A stretch of 61,971 nt of DNA, the filler included, from Choristocarpus tenellus KU-1152 (Eukaryota; Protista; Phaeophyceae), in NCBI GenBank assembly GCA_964200185.2. It is 10 parts of 10 records of this genome, joined end to end, with 100 filler letters (N's around TTAATTAATTAA, not from the genome) between each part and the next. Parts side by side here need not be neighbours in the genome. Positions count along the whole stretch, not along the records: positions 49,509 to 54,793 come from CAXNAD020011266.1; positions 54,894 to 59,042 come from CAXNAD020015969.1; positions 59,143 to 61,971 come from CAXNAD020024382.1; 7 more parts are not named here. The stretch is one strand, 5' to 3'. The notes under the pieces were generated by a model that was not told where the DNA came from, did not search any database, and saw only the letters and a list, made by a program, of their open reading frames with translations. The stretch's first letter is position 1, and every line of letters begins with the position of its first letter. Made by a program: the position numbers and the translations under genes. Below are positions 51,639-61,971 of the stretch, in pieces.

Positions 51639-54407
51639 ATGGAAACCCCAGATGAGGAAAGCAGGGATTTGGTGAGGGACGGGACTACAAGGGGTGTGGG
51701 GGTCATGGAAGACTCAGGCTGGGGTTCTAGGGACAAGGACGAGGTGGATTTGGGGACTGAAGTACGTTCTCATCAAGGCAAGGAAAACGTTTGCCTAGGA
51801 ACTCTCCATAGTAGTAACCATGGTTCAAGGACACCATGCAACAATACCCAAAAGCCAATGTCTATGGCAGAACGATTCCCATCGCAGATCAAGGGGGAGG
51901 AAGAATGGGAAGAAACCTTTCCAGATAGAAGAGGAGGCACGAATGAAGGTAGCAAGGAGGACAACCTCCTACGATTACTGGTTTGCAGGTGGGTTTGAAT
52001 TGTGTGTCCGTGCATATCGTTCGTTGGAATATTGAAGCTACGTGTTCTGACAACCACCTGGACTACTTACTGTGATTGGACATTCTATTGGAGAGGTGCC
52101 AGACCTATCACTAGTTCATCTCATAGACTCCCTCCTAACTGAATCAAGGGTATGAAGTAGAAGCTACTGTTGTGCTCAAAGTAGAACGTACATAGTTGTT
52201 TGTTTCCATGGGCGAAATGGTGAAATGGTTGCCTTTTCTTCCCTCACCGATTCTCTATACTCCCCCCTCACTGAATGACCTCGCACGGTGAACTGTGGTT
52301 TCTGCATCTCAGCTTCAACGTTGGTAATAGCCCCCTGGAAGACTTGTCGCCGTGGATACCAGCGGGCGGTGAGGGTTTCGACCTCATAGTGATTGGACTC
52401 CAGGAGAGCACATACAAGGCAAGGGAGGAGAGATAGAAAGTCAACAAAAATGGTGCACTAGGACTTAAGGCGCATTCGCCTACCTCATCCCTGCACCTAT
52501 CCCTCCAGAACATTGCAATACGTTAACGTTCGAAAATCTGTCTGGAATGTGTAGAGTGATGTGATTCCTCTCATCCTGATATAACCCCCACCTTCCCACC
52601 TCCCTGACTGTTCAACTAACGCCCACTCTAGGCACCGAGGCAAAGCTCCCCCCTTCCTCATCTGGAACCAGTCCGGAGCCCCCCCTCAAGATGGCAGTTT
52701 GGGGCAGGAGGAAGTGGACTCCGCTCGCCAGTTTGTCCCATCCTCTTCTCACCACTTGACCACGACGTGAAGTCACAGTTAAGCGACTCTGGTCGAGGTG
52801 GGAATGAGAGACCCCGCTCGTGCCAGATCCCCTTGTTTATTTCACAGGTGGGGCTTACAGCCCCTCCCACAAGCTTGGAACGCCCAAAGTCTTTGCCAAA
52901 CCCTGGACTTTTTTCAGGGGCACAGCTGGCTGGGGTGAGGAAGATGGCCAGGGAGTTCCCTCGGGGTATCACCCACATTCCACGTTCCTTCAACAGTGAG
53001 TCAAGTATGTCTGCCACTCTTGATGCGTCTGAGGTAGGGGTGAGGGCAAGATTTGGGGAGGAAGGAGAATATGCAACAGTAGAGGCTGCAGCACCACTGA
53101 GGTCAACGGTGTCTGCAATACAGGGGTGAGTGATCGCTTGGGGGAGGGTGCTCAGGAAACTGTAGCTGTATGTGGGGCATGCAAGTTCGAGGCAAGGCAG
53201 AAAAAAAGCTGTTACTTTTGTTCCTGGATGTGGACATGTATTTATGTGTCCATGATTTTGTTGTTAGTCGTCAGTGTGGTGCTTGCTAGCATTGTGAGTT
53301 TTGTCGAATGCACAAAGGCGTGATACATGCACCCACTGAATTATTTCATTCAACCAAATTGACTGGCCTCCTCCCTCCCATCCCTCAACCCCTCCACCCC
53401 AACCCTATCCTGGTCATTCTCCCCCCTCTTTGTTACCTGAATCAATGCAATCTGTGTGCTCAGGCCTCAAGAGGGTAAGAAACCGAAGGGTGCTACCCCT
53501 CACACTACCACAGGTTCCACTATGAGCGCCCTGAAGGCCTTGGGGGCATTGTCCAGTGAAGCATCATCGCCATCCCCGTCCAAGGCTGTACCCCTTTCTG
53601 TTCAGTCCAATCATCGGTTTCCCTGGGAAGGTACAATCCGCCCAGCAACTGTAATCCCTCGAATGCCATCCGATTCCTCTCCCCCCTTTAGGAGGCACAG
53701 CTTAGCTGCTTTTGGGTCATCTCTGCAGGTGGACACAGCATCATCTGTTAAAGTTGTGAAGAATGGACAGGCAGTGGCAGGAGTGGGTGATGGGGAGTAT
53801 GTTGTGGGAGTGGGAAAAGGTGTAGTCAGAGCAGCACCAGAGGGGGAAGGGCTGACGATGAAGGGCGCTGAGAGTGAGCAGCAGAGTGTTTATGTTGATG
53901 ATGGTGAGGAGGAGGATGACGAGGATGACGAGGAGGAAGAGGAAGAAGAGGAGGAGGCGATAAAGGTTTTTTCTCCGGCTTTGGCTAAAGGTGTTTGGTG
54001 AGTTTGCTTACTGAGTACTCTGACACCTTGAGTGGAGGTGAAAACCAATGAAATGACAACATACTCTCTTTTCCCTTGTTACGGGGGATGCTCTCTTTAT
54101 CACTGCTCTTGCATACATCCAGTGGGAATGGGAAAATAAAGGGGGAGTGGTACGCTTTGGTAGTCGGAATGGGAATGAAAATGATAGTATGTAGTTAATC
54201 CTCTAGCCCCAGATGACACCTTCCTTTCGAATCTCAGACTGCTTGCAGTATGTCCCATGAGAATTTCACTGTGCCATTTCCTGCCCCACATATTGTCCTG
54301 AGCAATACTGAAGATTGTACTACGTGTTTCAGAGTAGTCAGTTCTGCACAAGTGTTGGGGCATAAAAAAAAGCTCTTGGACAGTTATGACCAGGAAGTGT
54401 TCCAAGG
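51639..54407 (+). CDS. Inositol polyphosphate 5-phosphatase, N-terminal part (exons 51639-51988, 52313-52418, 52632-53125, 53464-~53997, ~54249-54407)
   Basis: LRLLVCSFNVGN...WIP..GEGFDLIVIGLQESTY is the first part of the 5-phosphatase (EEP) fold; the downstream catalytic motifs are not in this contig. Confidence 0.75.
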
Positions 54408-54893
54408 TGGGATGTGGTGGGGAGGGGTGGGTTCAGGTGAGGTTTAGTGCCTGCCGGATTATTTTTTTTTTTGTAGGGGGCTGGCAGGGAGAAGAGAGAG
54501 AGAGAGAGAGTTCGCTCAACCTGCTTCACTGTCCGTCTTTGAATGATGGCAATGGACAGGTGCATATTGCGTGTGTCTTGGCGGACCCTTTTTTTTTCTG
54601 TTGTGCACGAATATGGTTGGTATCATTTCAGCAACATAGACTCATGCATTCTTGTGAAACGGAGTCTTCTTTTCCCTACTTCCATATGAATTCGTAAGTT
54701 CATCCTATCGTACAGTGCTTATGTGGACGGAGCCGTCGCCTCCCCCCCCCTTCTACTTGCCTGGTATTGTGTGTGAATATGGATGTGGTGTGGNNNNNNN
54801 NNNNNNNNNNNNNNNNNNNNNNNNNNNNNNNNNNNNNTTAATTAATTAANNNNNNNNNNNNNNNNNNNNNNNNNNNNNNNNNNNNNNNNNNNN

Positions 54894-54964
54894 CAAAAAT
54901 TGCGACATGGAAATATTGACCCCAAATGGACAGCCGCCACCCCCCCCCCCAGATACTTTGAGTC
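54894..54964. mobile_element. MITE family A, end fragment
   Basis: ...GACCCCAAATGGACAGCCGCCACCCCC...CAGATACTTTGAGTC; other ends at 1-110, 3700, 13624, 26245, 58998, 61932. Confidence 0.8.
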
Positions 54965-55421
54965 CTTTCACTCATTTTACGGATGCTGACAAATGTGTGC
55001 TAATTTCCACTTCTTTTTAAAAACAATTTTGTTGAGGATTTTTTTGGTGTGTCGGAAAAGTTGCAAACAATAGAGAAGTAGACGCTTTCAAGTCAAACTT
55101 AGAACTTCATCCATATGAAAAAAAAAATAGGGGTGAATAGCAATAGATTGAAAAAACAGACTCAAAATGTAAACCGACCAAAACCTGGACACCTCTTCTT
55201 GTTTACTGTGACTCATGGTTCAGAGATGGTATCTCTGAAAGAAATGCTCTGATACCCACTTGCATTAAGATACCTGCTTGCAGCAAGATGAGACAACAGA
55301 GTATAATGGAAGGTACTCAGACAAACAAGGAAACGGCTCACCCCTAACACTACCCGTTTCCTGAAGAAGATTATCCCCAACTTTAATTCTTTGCCAGCAC
55401 AATAATAGTGATAAAAATAAA

Positions 55422-55474
<53 letters not shown>

Positions 55475-55640
55475 TAGTGAGACTTCCACCCGGCGTGAAA
55501 ACTCGCAATGAAATTGCCATAACAATTCGGAGAGATTTTTTTTGTGAGCCCACCGGGGCCTTGTGGTACTCCCTATCATTGTCCAAGCCCTCTCTGCTTC
55601 TATCCCATGCTAGCCTTGATCTCTACACCTCCTGGAGCAG

Positions 55641-58246
55641 GAAATCTCGGAGTACATAGCAGACAGGCAACTTGGAGATAGCCTAGGGGCTCGCATCAAG
55701 AGGCATTTCCGGTTTTTCTATTTCAAGACTTCTGTTTTCGATGAGAGATCTGTGATGGCCTATGTACCCTGGCATCTTTGTCAGGAGGTGCTTCAGAGCA
55801 CCCATGCTGTTGCACTGAGGGCTGCTGGAGTACTGCAGGTGAATATAGGTGCAGGGAAGGGTACATGTGACATGCATAGGAGCTGACAGTGAAGAGAGGC
55901 TAGAGATGTGCGAATGCTGTGAGCTGTTGACAACTCTGGTTGACAGTTTCATTCTATATTGGGCAAAGCCATTTCTAGAGGACAGTGCTACCCATGCAGT
56001 CGCATCCTTTCCCGAATCCAATCAGAGAGAGAAAGAGAGAAAGAGAGAGAGAGAGACAATAATAAGAAATACGAGGAGATTGCATGAGTGGTTAGTTCAG
56101 GGCAATAGGTTGGGAAAAATTGTGCAAGGATTTTCCTGGATACTTAATGGACTTGAAGGGGGTTGGCCTAACAATAACAACAACAGTAATAATAACATCA
56201 ACACAAGATTAGTCTTGTGAGTTGTGTACAAATGGGGGTTGAGAAGCATAATCTGGGAGAGGTTGGTAAAGGATGATTCTGGTCATATGCCAGATGGCGT
56301 ACTAACATTGAGAATACTACTTCTTGTAGAAGGTTGTTTGGAGGCACACCCTTGCATCAGAGAATTGATCCTTCACCCTAACCCTAACCTATATTGTGAA
56401 GTCTTGTTTCGTCTTCTACAATGCCCTTCCCAACAAGGTTGTGTTTTACTCACTTGCCTCTTGATCAGGATAATAGCTGCTCGGATGAGGTGATATTGAA
56501 GCTTGCAAGGTGCCTCATGCCAATGGAGCTCGATTTTAGAGAGGAAGTGTGCCAACAGGGCGATCTCATCCTTCAGGTTTCGTGCAACTTGCTATCAACT
56601 AGCTTAGAAACTATGCATCCAACAGCTCAATAGACCCCCCTCATTCAGCTACAACGATATCTGTATTCAAGGCACAAGGTGTTATTTTTCTCTATGTGTT
56701 GCTCTCTCTTGTTCACATCAGACAGAGACAACCAACTCATACATCACCAAAAGCAGTGTTTACCAGTCTTGTGGCAGCTCAGTATCCTTGATATCGGTTT
56801 GACAATAGTGAGGCTTAAAGCACACCCTAGTCTAAGCTGGTGCTGGCCTTGGCTCTGCCCAACCCCACCCCATAGGGTGCTGTCTTGTCTTGTGGTATTT
56901 TAAAGTACATTTGTGAGCCCCTCGAGATTAATGCAAGAGTTGATCATTGAGTGAAAGTATCTTAGAGGGTACGAATTTTGCCCTGTTTGTCCATTTGGGA
57001 CTTGGCTTCCTATGGGTTTTTATGATATATTACCTACTCCGAAATGTTTCCGAGTATGTAAAAAGGTATACCTTATGAAAAAGGAGTGTCTGGAACAAGG
57101 ATACTGACATCACCAAACAAACGCAATAGCCAAAATTACATCAAAATTGCAACATTGGATTTTGGCCCCCTAATGGACACGGCTCTGCCCTCTAAGGTAC
57201 ATTGACTCATTCTTCTCATCATATTGAAAGTGCGGGTCTGCCCATAGGCACACCTTGAATGGAAATCTGACTTGGATCAACAACTAGCACTTATATGTCT
57301 AATACCTTTTTCTGTAAGTGGTAGAAGCTGTACACCCTCATGTTTACTTCTCTTGTTTCTCTCTCTTTCACTCTCAAGGGAAGTTGTAGCATTTTCTTGA
57401 GGTCGCTAAGAGTCAGACCAATTGATAGGTAGGCAGGTTTGGAACCGTTTTCATTCCAAGCCATCCTCGTTACCCTGTGCAGCACACTCTATTTAAATTG
57501 CTTTAAGTTCACAGTAGTTTACGAAATGTTGATACTCTCCCTTTCCGCACACAAATTGATACCACACTAGAAAATAGCATATTTTTTCCCTTCCTCTGAA
57601 TCCTTAAAATGCAATCCTGCAAACCTCTAGGGTGGTTTGAGTCTAAGTGCTATGACCATCTTTGGTACACTTTACTAATTCGCAAAGTACATCTTCAATA
57701 GAGGTGTACCCCTTTTTGACAGGGTATCTACTTGGACGCGCACACTAGTTATTCTACCTGACTAACTTGATGGCAAGCTAACACATTCAACCCATCAAGT
57801 CTGTTACGACAACTTGCTGGTATATCTCATCAAGCATCTGCCTTCTCACCTTACTAGGCGTTTTGCACGGAAAATCACATCTCTATGCCTCGTTAATGAT
57901 ATCCTACCCAACACCTGTCTTCCCACACCTCGGGTGCTGACTTCACCCACTACTTTGTACCTCCTGTTCTTCACTTGCAACCACTAAACATACCACCAAC
58001 CCTGTGTTCTAACCCTGACCCTAGATGTACTTTGTGGTGAGGGGGAGGATAGAAGCTTACTTAGACGAGACTAGAACAGAAGATCGTCGCCGGTGGAGTG
58101 CCAGAAGTTCTTTTAGAAACTGGTCTGCAGAGAGCGGGTCATATCCAGGGACTGGAAGGGTAGGGTGTACAGGCACGTATCTTGGGGTGTGGGGACCAGG
58201 GTCCTTGTGGGGCCTCAATAACATCTTGATGGGAGGGAATATGGCG
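55641..58246 (+). CDS. Cyclic-nucleotide-binding-domain ion channel, C-linker and CNBD exons (~55641-55838, 56469-56576, 58025-58246)
   Basis: EISEYIADRQLGDSLGARIKRHFRFFYFKTSVFDE (C-linker); LARCLMPMELDFREEVCQQGDLILQ joined to MYFVVRGRIE (CNBD); phase-0 splices. Confidence 0.8.
56949..57208. mobile_element. MITE family B in the channel intron
   Basis: TIR GAGTGAAAGTATCTTAGAGGG...CCCTCTAAGGTACATTGACTC, TSD ATT. Confidence 0.85.
57410..57643. mobile_element. MITE family C in the channel intron
   Basis: TIR GAGTCAGACCA...TGGTTTGAGTC, TSD TAA. Confidence 0.8.
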
Positions 58247-58569
58247 GTGAGCAACCACATGCATACTTTGTGATAGGGTTAGGGGTAGGATTAGGGTGTA
58301 AGTTGTAGGGCAAAGCGTGTTGAAGTCTGAGCACAGACGTTTGCTGACTCTCATCTTGCCCTCCCCCTCCTACCCTCTCCCCGCTGGGTTTGATTCCTGT
58401 ATTGTTTGGGGCCCCAATCACCCAAGCAGTAAGAGTCCTGTCTATTGCTACAGCTAGATATGGGTCCCTTTTTCAGAAGGAACACCCTCTCTGTCCTTAG
58501 CATCAAACTATTAACCATGTTTGTAGTGGAATATTTATTCACCCTTTGCACCCTCTCGCAGCATGAAAC

Positions 58570-58766
58570 CCCTAACCCTAACCCTAACCCTAACCCTAAC
58601 CCTAACCCTGGGGTCATAAACATATTACTGGAATACGTCTCTGTAGTTATATCTGGTATTAACCATTTTCCAATCGAGGAAGGTTTCTGTACTGAATCGG
58701 GATCATGGGTTAGGGTTAGGGTTAGGGTTAGGGTTAGGGTTAGGGTTAGGGTTAGGGTTAGGGTTA
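58570..58766. repeat. Inverted interstitial telomere-like arrays
   Basis: (CCCTAA)6 + 97-bp core + (GGGTTA)10. Confidence 0.95.
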
Positions 58767-59345
58767 GAATGAGTAGGACGAACATCGATCTTGACTCCTT
58801 TCAGCACGCTTCAAGCTTCCCCTTGCAGTCTTGACTTCTTGAACAATTCCTTTGTTGCGCACTAGTAGCATGAAACCAATCCGCCCCTTACCCTCACCCT
58901 GATTGATTTATACTAATGGCAACATTATGTTACTTCTAACAATGGGCAACATGTGAGGTTGCCTGTCCTTGCTGTGTCAACTAATCCCCACCCCTTTGGC
59001 TAAAAGTATCTGGGGGGGGGGGGGGGGGGACCTGTTTTTTGGNNNNNNNNNNNNNNNNNNNNNNNNNNNNNNNNNNNNNNNNNNNNTTAATTAATTAANN
59101 NNNNNNNNNNNNNNNNNNNNNNNNNNNNNNNNNNNNNNNNNNCCCCCCCTCCCTCCCCTCCCTCAAGTAGCTCTTCTCGTGTGAGGATTAAGACGGAAGA
59201 AATTGATTCAAGTCTGTAAGTGGTGTAGGTAGGTAAGCAAATGATAAGGGGGGGAGGAATTTCGTGGGGAGAGCGGTGTGTGACTGGTGTAAAATTATTC
59301 CGCAATTGACTCTTACTGTAGTGTTCTATTACCTTTAAGGCGTTT

Positions 59346-59479
59346 ATGTTTCTGAAAAGAGTTAAGTGTAATAGTAGGTGTGTGGCTGGTGTACGGGCAA
59401 TGGATTGTAATAATGTTTCTGAAAAGAGTTAAGTGTAATAGTAGGTGTGTGGCTGGTGTACGGGCAATGGATTGTAATG
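59346..59479. repeat. 67-bp tandem duplication
   Basis: ATGTTTCTGAAAAGAGTTAAGTGTAATAGTAGGTGTGTGGCTGGTGTACGGGCAATGGATTGTAAT twice. Confidence 0.95.
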
Positions 59480-59962
59480 TGTGTGTTTATGTGTGGGTAT
59501 TTTATTGTCCATTCGAGACAGCTGTTGCAAGGTGCCGGATATTTTTGCATTGTTTTCTCGCTAAGCCAGACGTGTATTTTTCCTGTAAATGTACCGCTAA
59601 CAATGTTCTTTAAACACCTCTCTACATATAGACACATTCCTGGAGATAGGTGGTGTAAATATATATGGTCACGGGCCAGACCCAAGTATTGGTTAGAGTT
59701 CAGCGAGTACGGCACCGCTATGGGAGGGATTCAGGGCCTATGGTGGCTTGCTGTTATTGAAAGCGCCCCGACTTGTCACTTCAAGTAGGTTTAGTTCGGT
59801 ACCTGGGTTGGAGACCTCTGGTTGAGGCCGTCGGTGTGGGCCTTGTTCCATCTTCCAATTCCTAGTGCGTATGAAATTGGTGTTTCAGGTACTTTCCTAT
59901 GAAGAGCCGGTTCTTCTTGGATCGAGTTTACATGAACCAGGTAGTTGGTTCGTAGTGTGCAG

Positions 59963-59997
<35 letters not shown>

Positions 59998-60114
59998 GTT
60001 TGTGTGCGTGTGCGTGTGCTGTGCATGTAGGTACTGAGTAAAATGGAACAGTGGCATTGCAGCTTTTGATACATTCTTGTCTCTCTTTTCTCTCTCTCTC
60101 TCTGTGTCATGAAG

Positions 60115-60822
60115 GTACTACCCTGATGCTGAGGATGTGTACAAGGGGGCAACTACGGTGACTGCAGATGAGGATGCTCAGGGACTGGAGGATCCCATCA
60201 TTGCACCGGTCAAGGCCAAGACGTTTTCAAAGCTGGAGAAGGAGGTGCGAGTTTGTGTGGGCGGAAGGGTGGGCTCAATAGCAAAGCATAGCTGTAGTAT
60301 TAGTGGCAGTGGTGGTGGTAATGGTAATGGTAATACTAGAGTATATATTCCTGTAGAGTACTGAAGTAATGATTATACGACAATGATGTGGATAGAATAT
60401 GTACTGTAGTATATTGATAGTAAAATTTGAATTTATGCAATTTTTGTTTTACGGCGATCGATTTGAATATTTTATTTATTTATTTATTTTAATTAGTACT
60501 AGTACTAGTGCTAGTAGTTCATGATGGTGGTGGTGGTGATTAGGCTGTTCCTCCGGTACGATAAACGATAGATGGTCTCTTGGTGGAAGCGTGCTCTATT
60601 AAAACATTTTATTTATTATTACGGTGGTAGTGTGTGGCTTACTCTCTCGGTTTTTTCATTTCTTCACCGCCTTCTGTTTTCTTGTGATGTTTTTGGACAT
60701 GGACATCTCAGTCTCAGGTCAACGCCTTTCCAATTTTTTTGTTTTTCATTTGTGCTTTAATAAAAAAATATATAATACATAAAATGTACGCACAGTTACA
60801 AAAAAAAAAAAATGTACTATCA

Positions 60823-60882
<60 letters not shown>

Positions 60883-61214
60883 TCTTTCATGGGTGTGTAT
60901 TTTTCAAGGGTGAAGATTTTGTGTTTCTAGTGTCTTGGGGCATGTACATACTTCTTGGCGGTTGCTAAAACAATATATTTTTTTTGTTAAAAGCAAAAAA
61001 AGGCTTTTCTGTGCGCTTTTGAATCTCCGATTCATAACCCCGCGTTCTGTTTGGGTTTAAAAAAAATAAATGAACAGGTTCCAGAAACAAAGTGCTCCCC
61101 ATCATTTATGACCTCCCTCATGGAAACGCCTACCTTGGTACGGCATGTGGCCCTGGTGGGACAATTGGGCCATGGCAAAACACTCCTCATGGATGTGCTG
61201 GTGGGACAGACCAG
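60115..61214 (+). CDS. EFTUD2: U5 snRNP 116-kDa GTPase SNU114, two exons (60115-60244, 61078-61214)
   Basis: YYPDAEDVY...DEDAQGLEDPIIAPVK; FMTSLMETPTLVRHVALVGQLGHGKT (G1 motif). Confidence 0.92.
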
Positions 61215-61971
61215 GCAAGTGAATAAAGTGCTCCGTTCTCCCACCCCCTCCCCCCACTCCATTCTTGAACTTGAGTGTGTGTTTGTGCTGTTCCACGTGG
61301 ATAAGATTACCCCCCTGTGATTTATTTATTTTTTTTGTCTTGTGGCGTTTTTTTTATTCTTATAATTTTATTTTTGTAGTACGTCATAATAATATACTTG
61401 AGGGGAAAAAAAAAGAAGAAACATGTAGGTGTGAGTTGGTCGTGTACAATGTTAGTGCATGACTGGAAATTTGGGGGAGGGAGGGGGGGGGTCTTGTAGA
61501 AAAGAATTTGTGGAAATAAATAGAGGGCCTCTGACGGCTGTGAACAAACACAAGTGTGGTGGTGTTTGATATTCATACTGCAGTGTTGATCTTTTGCCTG
61601 CCTGCCTGCCTGAGTGTGGTGATGATGGTAGTGGTATGCAGAGTTGGTCCCTCAGTACAATGACTGGAATGGGGTGTCGAATTGAGTGATTGTAATAATA
61701 TTGGGGGAAAGTGTCTCCTATTGGCTGAGTGTGACAGCGGTTACGCAATTGGCAGTTTCATTATTTTTTTGTTATTGTTAGTATTAATGGATATCTACCT
61801 TTTTTTGTATATCGTGTCCCGTACCCTCTCCATTTCATTGTTATATTTTATTTCATTTATGTGTGTCCAGAACATGTGAGCGTTGGTATCGGCACTACCC
61901 CCCCGATACAGACATAAAAAATATTTTAATTGTGTCAAAGTATCTGGGGGGGGGGGGTGATTTGTGAGGGG

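Noticed and set aside
58707-58766. True chromosome end
   Set aside because: The array is short and followed by unique sequence.
58351-58834. ORFs with LTLTLT, PNPNPN, RVRVRV runs
   Set aside because: Translations of telomere-like hexamer repeats; likewise poly-I/poly-L ORFs at 55265-55659 come from a TAA microsatellite.

Overview
Eukaryotic genomic DNA, not one locus: ten unordered contigs joined by artificial 100-bp spacers (44 N + TTAATTAATTAA + 44 N), so nothing can be inferred from adjacency across spacers. Intron-rich genes, scattered TTAGGG-type repeats and the repeat families suggest a photosynthetic stramenopile, probably a brown alga or relative (inference). Genes recovered by manual splicing: a divergent myosin head, a complete 494-aa Cps1/hyaluronan-synthase-like GT2 polysaccharide synthase, an MRM1/RlmB SpoU methyltransferase, ATG12, ATG101, exportin-1, an inositol polyphosphate 5-phosphatase, a CNBD-type ion channel, SNU114 and several unidentified genes. 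Repeats: four related Tourist-like MITE families (one triple-nested), a foldback element, fragments of an RLE-type non-LTR retrotransposon with many solo copies of its 3' hairpin, an RTE-like RT pseudogene and an IS630/Tc1 remnant. Most notable: the ATG12 gene, invisible in the ORF track because its exons are tiny, ends in ...EAWV-stop and so lacks the C-terminal glycine needed for covalent conjugation to ATG5. All calls come from reading motifs by eye; no database search was run.
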